Shown one piece after another: positions 55,008 through 64,000 of a stretch of DNA of 64,000 nt. The stretch is from Methanomassiliicoccaceae archaeon (lineage in GTDB: Archaea > Thermoplasmatota > Thermoplasmata > Methanomassiliicoccales > Methanomassiliicoccaceae), in the NCBI GenBank assembly GCA_963728405.1, contig CAVSJV010000004.1:32001-96000 (forward strand), in the 5' to 3' direction. Below the pieces are notes generated by a model. That model was not told the DNA's origin and ran no database searches. It was given only the letters and a program-made list of their open reading frames with translations. A program made the position numbers and the translations under genes. Position 1 is the stretch's first letter. The number at the start of each line of letters is the position of its first letter.

Positions 55008-56898
55008 TCACTGAAGGGGTCCGTTTGAATGAGTGTTCGTCCGCTCATTGAGATCATGCTCGACGGCCTTGGCACCTGCAGCGTGCTGTGGATGTATCTT
55101 TCCCGTATGGCCGAAGTGAGCGAAAGAGACCGCAGCATTGATGAGGCCTATATGTGAAAGAGCCAGAGGATAGTTGCCCAGCTGAGCACCATTCGAGGGC
55201 TCGATCTCCTCCGCCAAAAGGCCTAGGGGCCCCATCCTGGCCAGGATGCCCTCATAGATCGTCTGGGCCTCATTCAACCGTCCCGCCCTGATCAGCGCAA
55301 CCACCAACCAGAAATGTACATAGCACAAAGGACCCCTCTTTTCCGCTGACACCTTCCGGAGCGCTTGAATATCGGTAACAGAGACCGTCGATGACCAAAT
55401 GTTTTAAGGTCGCATCGATGGTCGAGACCATCCGGGGATCCTTGCCGTCGATAAAACCAATCGTAGGTAGTATGAGATTGGAGGCATCCAGGGTCTCATC
55501 CTCATAGGACTGCTTGAATGCGCCAAGACTCTCGCTCCATCCTTTTTCGAGCACCTCCGCCTTGATGAGATCTTGCTCATGGCGCCATTTGGTGACATTA
55601 CCGGGAAGGCCGATTTTAAGGGCCATCTCGCTGCCTTGTTCCAAAGCGGACCAAAGCATGGCTTTGCTGTGGACGAAGTGCCTCACTCCCCCGCGCACCT
55701 CCCAGATGCCATTGTCTGGCTCGTGCCAATGGTCGGCCGCCCAATCGAGGATACCTCTGATTTGGGGCCACATGGTATGGGGATCATAACTCCCTATGTG
55801 CCACGCGAAGTGTATTGCACTTATCACCTCACCATAGACATCCAGCTGTTCCTGCTGGTAGGCCGCGTTCCCGATACGCACCGGTCGGGAATCGCGATAA
55901 CCACGCAGGTGATCCAGCGTCGTCTCGGTGGGATTATTTTCATGGATGATCGGATACAATATCCTTATGCCCGTTCCTTCTAATTCCACTGTGTGAACAA
56001 TCCAGTCGAAGAAAGGCTTCGCATAGTCCATGTATCCAGATAGCATCAGGGCATAGAGAGTAAAGGAAGCATCTCGGATCCAATTAAGTCGGTAGTCCCA
56101 ATTTCTTTCACCACCGATCGTCTCAGGAAGTGAGGTCGTGGGGGATGCTATGATCGCCCCCGAAGGATTGTAAGTCATGAGCTTCAAGGTCAGAACGCTG
56201 CGCAGGACTTCTTCCCGGTAAGGCCCGTGGTAGGTACATTTATCAACCCAGTCCTTCCAGAATGATAGGGTCGACCTGAGACCCTCATAGGGTGAGAACT
56301 GGAGCAGCTCAGGATCGTATTGGACCCCTAAGATGAATGAGACCTTTTCGCCAGCGGCCATCCTAACGTCTGCGTAGATCTCCCTGTTCATGTGATCAAT
56401 TCGCCAAGTGCTTGGCGATATCATCTGGTACGGACCGAATATTGCCCGGCTTCCATCGATATCAAAAAGAGGAAGGGAGCGGGCATAATCGGGCCGGGGG
56501 GCGCATCTACAGATTATGTCGGCGGTGCCCTCGGTGCACTCCAAGATCCGAACGAGCCTGCTGGGATGGTATATCGGGGAGGACGGCTTCTCCAGGTCGA
56601 CGTACATGAAGTCCCTAAGAACCACTTTTCCCGTATCACAATTGAATGTGGTCTCTAGGACATTGGTGTGCTCCACATACTTGTGAACGGACTCGCATGC
56701 CAAGGTTGGCCTAATGCTCCAGAACCCCCCCTTATCCACATCGAGTATTCGGGCAAAGAGCGATGGCGAATCGAATCGGGGCAGGCAGAGCCAATCAATG
56801 GAGCCCTGACTGCTGACAAGTGCCGCGGAGTGGCAGTTCCCGATAAGGCCATAATCCTCGATCGGTCGATAGGAAGTCGAAGACAGTTCATCGTTCAC
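55008..56898 (-). CDS. Glycoside hydrolase family 15 (trehalase/glucoamylase-like); frameshift near 55310
   Basis: IEDYGLIG, WLCLPRFDS, SLPE..GGERNWDYR, GIWEVRG, LLAEE, GNYP.ALSH. Confidence 0.92.
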
Positions 56899-57313
56899 TA
56901 GCTTTTCCCTCCATGATCGAAAATATAAATGGAGTAAGTCTCATCGACACGAACCTGGGGTGACTGTGAGATAGAGATGATTTGCCATATGCGCGCATGG
57001 GGTCGCATCTCATCACTCGCTACATCGAACCCAATCGGACGGCACGCGGGCCCCCACTGCGGTATTCGACGCATCAGATGCTTTAGTAACATATGCTAGA
57101 TGATGAGTGTCGATAGGGTCATAACAATTTTCCTTCCGCCTGGGCAGGGGGTGCACAAAAGGCTGCTGCACCAGGATGCCTTCGGCGGCCAAACCCATTC
57201 TGCCCCATAATAAATGATTAAATAGCAAGAGCTTTGAATAATTGAATAATTGGGAACGACTTGTTCGGTAATCCTTCACGAGGGCCGTTCCCCTATCAGT
57301 GGAGGACTGGAAG

Positions 57314-58261
57314 ATGCGATTGATTTTCACCGAGGTCATGGGCAATCAGGATAAGCTACGAGCGGTGTTCCAGAACGACGATCTGATTATGTTCGACGGT
57401 CCCCTTGATGAGGACGAGCTGATACACGAGGCCGAGGACGCATCCATACTCTCTGTATTCATACGGACCAAGGTAAGTGAGAGGGTGATCAGCCATCTTC
57501 CCAAATTACAGATGATCAACACAAGGAGCGCGGGGTTTGATCATATCTCCGCGAAGTACGCGATGGAGAAGGGGGTAGCCGTCACCCATGTACCCGATTA
57601 TGGTCCCAATGTGGTGGCAGAACACGCTTTCTGCCTGCTCCTGGCCTGCGCTCGGAGCCTCCTAGCAGCGGACCGATCGGTCAAGGAGTTAAAAAAGTTC
57701 GATTTCGAACCGTTCATGGGTATCGAGCTCAAGGGCAAGGTATTGGGAGTGGTTGGAACAGGAAAGATCGGTGCTGAGGTCATTCGGATCGCTCATGGGT
57801 TCGGTATGAAGGTGGTCGCCTTCGACCTTTACAGGAACGAAAGGCTTGCAGGAGAATTCGGGTTCCCTTATCTCTCCCTAGAGAAGCTCTTGGAGGAGAG
57901 TGATTTTGTGACCCTTCACCTGCCTCTCACCCCAAGCACAGAGAATCTGATCGATCGCTCCGCTCTCCAAAGGATGAAGGAAGGCAGTATCCTGATCAAC
58001 ACGGCTCGAGGTAAAATCGTAGATGAAAGGAGCCTCAGAGAAGCTCTGGACAGTGGCCATTTGGCCGCGGCTGGATTGGATGTGATCGACGATGAGTCCC
58101 ATCCGGAGAACGATCCGTTACTGGGCTCGGAAAACGTCGTGCTCACTCCCCATATCGCATTTTACACCAGGGAGTCGATTAGCAGGATGTTCGACGAGTC
58201 CATCCAGACCATTAAAGCATTTAAATCGGGAAAAACGATAAATGGGATCCCCAAAGAGTAA
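57314..58261 (+). CDS. D-isomer-specific 2-hydroxyacid dehydrogenase (D-lactate dehydrogenase-like)
   Basis: RSAGFDHI, VAEH, GTGKIG, INTARG, LDV, TPHIAFYT. Confidence 0.9.
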   Translation: MRLIFTEVMGNQDKLRAVFQNDDLIMFDGPLDEDELIHEAEDASILSVFIRTKVSERVISHLPKLQMINTRSAGFDHISAKYAMEKGVAVTHVPDYGPNVVAEHAFCLLLACARSLLAADRSVKELKKFDFEPFMGIELKGKVLGVVGTGKIGAEVIRIAHGFGMKVVAFDLYRNERLAGEFGFPYLSLEKLLEESDFVTLHLPLTPSTENLIDRSALQRMKEGSILINTARGKIVDERSLREALDSGHLAAAGLDVIDDESHPENDPLLGSENVVLTPHIAFYTRESISRMFDESIQTIKAFKSGKTINGIPKE

Positions 58262-58453
58262 CGTGGAAAAGATAAAGATGCATACTCACCCCCAGGATTA
58301 GGGCAGGTCGATAGCAACTATGGCCGTTCCTAATGGTCTCAATGCGATAATTCTAGATTCGTCTCTTAAACAGACCGATCCAATGCGCCACCGGCCATCG
58401 AAAAGCACAAACTCCTGGTTTTCAAATCAAGTATTGCAGCTTGAGGAAGCGTC

Positions 58454-59418
58454 ATGGGCATAGGGGAGTGGGCGGTCGGAGTGGATCTGGGAGGCACACA
58501 TATCCGGGTGGCCCGGGTGGATACTGATGGAACAGTGCATGGGATAATTGAAGAAAACACCAGGGTGGAAGAGGGACCGAATGGAGTTGAACTTCAAGTG
58601 GTCGGTATGGTCCATAATCTCTGCAGATCGGAGACGGCCCCACCAGTAGGTGTTGGGGTAGGAATAGCTGGTGACATCGATAAGGACAGTGGTGAGATCA
58701 TATTCAGCCCAAACCTGAGGTGGCACAATGTCCCCTTCCGAGCTGATCTCCAGAAGCGTCTAGACATGCCCGTGCTCGCCATCAACGATGTCCGGGCTGC
58801 TACCTGGGGAGAATGGACCCATGGGGCCGGGCGAGGCTTTGATGACATCGTGTGCATGTTCATCGGCACAGGGATCGGAGGGGGCATCGTTAGCGGTGGA
58901 CGGGTGCTCAGCGGTTGTGGCAATTCCGCCGGAGAGATCGGACACATGGTGGTCCAATTGGGCGGGCCAAGATGCACCTGCGGCAATTGGGGTTGCCTGG
59001 AGGCGCTAGCCGGAGGGTGGGCAATAGCCCAGAGGGCACAGGCTGAGGTCAGTGCCCATCCTGCCACCGGTACAATATTGCTAGATATGTCTCCTGATAT
59101 CGACAACATCTCAGCCCGAACGGTTATCGGCGCAGCCCGATCGGGGGATCAAGTTTCCCTTCGACTCGTGGAGCAGGCGACCGACGCCTTATCGCGGGAG
59201 CCGTGAGCCTGGTCAACGCGTTCGGTCCTTGCCGGCTAATTTTGGGAGGAGGAATGGTAGATGGTTTACCTGAATTGGTGGATCATATCGATAAAGGGGT
59301 CCAGGCCCGGGCCATGGAAGCTGCCCGGAGAAGGGTAAAGGTCATACCATCTGAACTGAGATCTCGAGCGGGAGTAGTTGGGGCGGCCACCTATTTTATG
59401 AAAAATATGAGGACATAA
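58454..59418 (+). CDS. ROK-family sugar kinase (glucokinase-like); frameshift near 59195
   Basis: GVDLGGT, NDV, GTGIGGG, GEIGH, CTCGNWGCLE, LGGG. Confidence 0.9.
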
Positions 59419-59542
59419 CAAAAGGAGATCCGGCCCGAGATCACAGTATCCGATCATGGATCGTTAGGATCCAAGGACGCAGGAACATTTTTAAAACACG
59501 CCCTTCCATGATATTTACCAGACAGACACTGGAGAGGATATA

Positions 59543-60592
59543 TTGACCAAGATCGGAATAAATGGGATGGGGCGCATCGGTCGAATAATCGCGCGGCGCT
59601 ATCTGACCGATCCTCCCGACAACATCGAGCTGGTGGCGGCAAATGACCTGTTCTCGCCTGACAACATTGCCTATCTTACCAAATATGACTCCGTTCATGG
59701 AAGGGCCCCATTTGAGGTGGAGGGCGGAACCGACTTCCTCCGGCTTGGGTCGAGCCGGATACAGATGTTCAAAGAAGCGGACCCCGCCAACATTCCCTGG
59801 AGGGATTTGGGAGTGGACATCGTCCTGGAATGCACCGGGGTGTTCCGCGATCGGGAAAAGGCCGCCGGACACCTGGAGGCTGGCGCATCAAAGGTCATCT
59901 TGAGCGCCCCCTCGGACACCGCAGACCTGACCATCGTCCTTGGTGTCAACGACGATAAGTACGATCCCTCCCAGCACCACATCGTCTCCGCCGCTTCCTG
60001 CACCACCAACTCACTGGCTCCAGTGGCCAAGGTATTGAACGACTCTTTCGGCATCGATTACCTGATGGCCACGACCGTCCACGCCTACACTGCCAGCCAA
60101 AAGCTGGTCGACAGCCCCGCCCGGAAGCTGAGAAGGGGCCGGGCGGCCGCGGTGTCCCTTGTCCCCACCACCACGGGGGCAGCCAACGCTACGGTCAAGA
60201 CCATACCTGAACTGAATGGCCGGATGCACGCCGTGGCCATACGCGCTCCGATCCCTGATGGGGCCATAACCGACGTCACCGCCACTTTGAAGCAGGATGT
60301 CACCGAGGAGATGGTCAATAACGCGCTGAAGAGCGCGGCCAATGGAAGGATGAACGGGATCCTTGACTATAGCGAGGATGAGCTGGTGTCGGCTGACATC
60401 ATCACCGACCCTCACTCCTCCATAATCGATGCCGGATCGACCAAGGTCATCGGTGGCCGGACGGTCAAGGTGCTGGCCTGGTACGACAACGAGTACGGAT
60501 TCTCCTGCCGGATGCTTGACCTGGCCTCCCATATCGCCAAGGCGGGCATACCCGGAAAGACCGTTCGGAGGGAACAGCCGGTCCGAGCGTGA
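59543..60592 (+). CDS. gap: Glyceraldehyde-3-phosphate dehydrogenase, type I (bacterial-type)
   Basis: GINGMGRIGR, YDSVHG, ASCTTN, TTTGAA, WYDNE. Confidence 0.93.
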   Translation: MTKIGINGMGRIGRIIARRYLTDPPDNIELVAANDLFSPDNIAYLTKYDSVHGRAPFEVEGGTDFLRLGSSRIQMFKEADPANIPWRDLGVDIVLECTGVFRDREKAAGHLEAGASKVILSAPSDTADLTIVLGVNDDKYDPSQHHIVSAASCTTNSLAPVAKVLNDSFGIDYLMATTVHAYTASQKLVDSPARKLRRGRAAAVSLVPTTTGAANATVKTIPELNGRMHAVAIRAPIPDGAITDVTATLKQDVTEEMVNNALKSAANGRMNGILDYSEDELVSADIITDPHSSIIDAGSTKVIGGRTVKVLAWYDNEYGFSCRMLDLASHIAKAGIPGKTVRREQPVRA

Positions 60593-60620
60593 AATTTGTA
60601 TCATGTTATGGAGGATTGAA

Positions 60621-63080
60621 ATGAGACAAGCAACACCACTGGAAGAGAAAGCCGCTGCCCCGACCCCGAGATACATACGTTGCGTTCAGGGAAATCGGCA
60701 TCGAGGACGTGCCCTTGGTCGGGGGCAAGAATGCCTCGCTGGGCGAGATGTACCGGGAGCTCACGAGCAAGGGGGTCAAGATACCAAACGGTTTTACCAT
60801 AACTGCCGAGGGTTATCGGCATCTCCTCTCAACGACAGGGATCAAAGGGCCGATGGAAAAGGTCCTGACCGGAGTGGACAAGGAAAACGTCACGGACCTG
60901 GCAGAACGGGGCAAGAAGGTCCGGGACCTCATTCTGGAGGCCGGGATACCGGATGACCTGTGGGAGGAGGTCAAGGTGGCCTACGACCGCTTGTGCGAAG
61001 AGTATGGTGAACACCGACGTGGCGGTCCGAAGTTCTAGCGCTACGGCGGAGGACCTTCCGACCGCCTCGTTCGCTGGACAGCAGGAAACCTACCTGAACA
61101 TCCGCGGCTATACCGCAGCTGAGGGAGGCGTGCAGCAAATGCTTCGCCTCCCTGTTCACCGACCGGGCCATCTCCTATCGGATCGACAAGGGGTTCGGCC
61201 AGTTCGATGTTGCCCTCTCCATCGGGATCATGAAGATGGTCCGTTCCGACCTGGCTTCCAGCGGAGTGATCTTCACCCTCGACACCGAGACCGGGTTCCG
61301 GGATGTGGTCTTCATCACCGCCGCCTACGGCCTCGGTGAGAACATCGTGCAGGGAGCCGTGAACCCCGATGAATACTATGTCTTCAAGCCCACCTTCCGT
61401 AAGGGTTCCAAGGCCATCATCAGGAAGAAGCTGGGGGAGAAGGAGAATGAAGATGATCTACGGCCGAGGGGGGACCAAGGAACTGACTCGGAACATTGAC
61501 GTCCCCGAGGAGGACCGCCAAAGGTTCTGCTTGACCGATGACGAGATCCTGGAACTAGCCTCCTTCGCCGTCACCATCGAGGATTACTACTCCAAGAAGT
61601 CAGGGCACGACATGCCCATGGACATCGAGTGGGCCAAGGACGGGGAGAGCGGGGAGCTGTTCATCGTCCAGTCGCGGCCGGAAACGGTGCAATCACAGGG
61701 GCCATGGACGTGCTGGAGACCTACATTCTCGAGAATAGAGGGCGCCGTGCTGAGCCGGAGGGACGAGCGTTGGTTCCAAGATCGCGTCGGGAAAGGCCCG
61801 GGTGATCAGAGACATGAGCCGCTGCCCGAATTCCGTCCGGGGGAGATCCTGGTGTCGACAAGACGCACCCGGACTGGGAGCCCGTCATGAAGATCGCCGC
61901 GGCCATCGTGACCAATCTGGGTGGGCGGACCTGCCATGCGGCCATCGTCAGCCGGGAGCTGGGCATCCCCGCCGTGGTGGGTACGGACGATGCCACCCGC
62001 GTGATCCGTGATGGGGACCAGGTCACCGTGAGCTGCGCCGAGGGCGACGATGGATTCGTTTACGAGGGGGCGCTGCCTTTCCGGGTGGAGCGCACCACGC
62101 TCAAGGACCTCAAGCGTCCGAAGACCGCGATGATGATGAATCTGGGCAATCCGGAGGAAGCGTTCTCCCTCTCCTTCATCCCTAACGACGGGGTCGGCCT
62201 CGCCCGTTTGGAGTTCATCATCAGCAGCTACATCCGCGTTCATCCCATGGCCCTGCTTCACCCTGAAAAAGTGGAGGACGCGAAGGATAGGGAAGCCATA
62301 GAACACCTGACCTCGGCCTTCCCCGATAAGAAGGGCTACTTCGTGGAGACGCTGGCCCATGGCATGGCTACCATCGCCGCCGCGTTCTATCCCAAGGACA
62401 TGGTGGTCCGGTTGAGCGATTTCAAGACCAATGAGTATGCCAGTCTTCTGGGCGGGCGCTACTTCGAACCTGACGAGAGCAACCCCATGCTGGGGTTCCG
62501 AGGCGCATCCCGTTACTACTCGGACCGCTACCGGGAAGGCTTCGGCCTAGAATGCCAGGCGGTCAAGATGGTGAGGGAGACAATGGGCCTGACCAACCTC
62601 ATACCCATGATACCGTTCTGCCGGCGGGTGGAGGAGGCAGAGAAGGTCTTGGCGGAGATGGAACGGAACGGATTGAAGCGGGGTGAGCACGGCCTGCAGG
62701 TCTACATCATGTGCGAGATACCCAACAATTTCCTGCTGATCGACGAGTTCAGCCGTTACTTCGATGGGTTCTCCATAGGTTCCAATGATCTCACCCAGTT
62801 GGTCCTGGGCATCGACCGGGACTCCGAAGTACTGGCCTCGGAATTCGACGAGCGAGATCCCGGGGTGATGAAGGCCATGTCCCTAGCAGTACAGGGGGCG
62901 AAGAGGAACGGCAGGCATAGCGGTATCTGCGGCCAGGCCCCCAGCGACTACCCGGAGATAGCTGAGTTCCTGGTCAAGGAGGGCATCGACTCCATCTCGG
63001 TGAACCCAGACACCCTGATGAAGATCACCTTGAAGGTTTCGCAGATGGAGGAGAAGCTCAAGAAAGAGGGACCGAAGTGA
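60621..63080 (+). CDS. ppsA: Phosphoenolpyruvate synthase (several frameshifts between ~60680 and ~61860)
   Basis: [58 protein letters not shown]. Confidence 0.93.
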
Positions 63081-63111
63081 TCGGGCTGAGAGCCATGACA
63101 CGGTGACGAGG

Positions 63112-64000
63112 ATGATCTATACTCTCGCCCTCAACCCGGCCATCGACCGCACCTTCTGGGTGGATAGGATAGACTTCGAGGAAACTACTCGGGTACAAAA
63201 GGAATGCCGCTACCCCGGAGGGAAGGGCATCGATGTTTCCCGGGTACTGACCAACATGGACATCCCCAATATGGCGCTGGGCTTCGTCGGCGGCTTCGTC
63301 GGGGACGAGCTGGAGTGCCGACTGACCAGCGAGGGCGTACGCACCGACCTCATTCACATCTCTGGAGAGACCCGCACTAACATCATCGTGCATGAAAAAG
63401 ACACGGGTCGCCACATATTGCTCACGGCCAGTGGGCCGGAGATCGCCCCCTATGAACTTGGTGCCCTTTTCAGTAAATTAGAGGGTCTGAGGGACATTTC
63501 GTTATTAGCAATAGGGGGAAGCCTTCCACCGGGGGTCCATCCAGAAGCCTATCGCCGGATTATATGGGCGATGAAAAAGCGGGGCATGGTCACCCTCCTA
63601 GATGCTGACGGCGATGCGTTGAGACTGGGAATACAGGGCGGTCCGACCTATATCAAACCGAACCGGCATGAACTAAGCCAGCTGGTGGGAAGGGAGCTTA
63701 CTGGGCTGGCGGACATCCTGGATGCAGCGGAGGGGGTCCGATCGCAGGGGGTGGAAACCGTACTGGTATCGATGGGGGCCGACGGGATCGTGCTGGTGGG
63801 GGAGGACAGAAGGTACTTGGCCATCCCGCCGAAGGTCGATGCGGTGAACACCGTTGGATTGGGAGATTCTGCCGTGGCCGGCTTCGTCTATGGCATTGCC
63901 ACTGGCCTCGAACCGAAAGAGTGCCTGATCTATGCTACCGCTGCAGGGACCGCTACCGCGTTGAAACCGGGGACCGCCCGGGCCAACAAGAAGGACGGTG
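63112..64000 (+). CDS. PfkB-family hexose-phosphate kinase (1-phosphofructokinase/Pfk-2-like); runs off the window end
   Basis: Read directly from DNA: MIYTLALNPAID, PGGKGIDVSR, GETRTN, GSLPPG, IKPN, NTVGLGDS; absent from the ORF track because it has no stop in the window. Confidence 0.88.
   Translation, partial: MIYTLALNPAIDRTFWVDRIDFEETTRVQKECRYPGGKGIDVSRVLTNMDIPNMALGFVGGFVGDELECRLTSEGVRTDLIHISGETRTNIIVHEKDTGRHILLTASGPEIAPYELGALFSKLEGLRDISLLAIGGSLPPGVHPEAYRRIIWAMKKRGMVTLLDADGDALRLGIQGGPTYIKPNRHELSQLVGRELTGLADILDAAEGVRSQGVETVLVSMGADGIVLVGEDRRYLAIPPKVDAVNTVGLGDSAVAGFVYGIATGLEPKECLIYATAAGTATALKPGTARANKKDG

Noticed and set aside
54629-55014. Short ORFs between the USP and GH15 genes, and similar ones at 47601-47831, 53894-54082 and 56898-57345
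   Set aside because: No family features or coding-like composition; possibly gene remnants but not supportable.

Overview
Archaeal chromosomal window. Archaeal L40e, the RFC small subunit, TATA/BRE-type intergenic elements and a DUF835 response regulator support this; Thermoplasmatota, probably Methanomassiliicoccales-like, is inference only, since no methanogenesis marker gene lies in the window. Left to right: (1-10.6 kb) a CheC/CheD-type chemotaxis cluster with a 1221-aa soluble poly-PAS/HAMP receptor; (10.8-18.6 kb) a Fur-family regulator, CbiMNQO transporter, cbiA and two tandem cobQ paralogues; (18.6-47.5 kb) mostly housekeeping genes (cis-prenyltransferase, DEAD helicase, ferritin-like proteins, corA, hypA/hypD, nth, folC, nikR, topA, CobW-type GTPase pair, pncB, eno, rpl40e, rfcS, TtuA-like, glyA); (48-64 kb) a stress/sugar block (PPK2, APC permease, P3A H+-ATPase, USP, GH15, 2-hydroxyacid dehydrogenase, ROK kinase, bacterial-type GAPDH, ppsA, PfkB kinase). 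Many core genes carry single-base frameshifts, most likely assembly errors. The best non-obvious signals are an internally deleted IS605/TnpB miniature with a promoter and a self-pairing omega-RNA-like structure (29.56-29.86 kb), a multi-stem leader abutting the cbiA RBS, a Zur/Fur-like operator ahead of fur-cbiMNQO, a CobQ paralogue with its glutaminase domain cleanly removed, and a lone AbiV-like HEPN gene. All family calls come from motif recognition and all base pairings were found by eye; no searches or folding programs were run.
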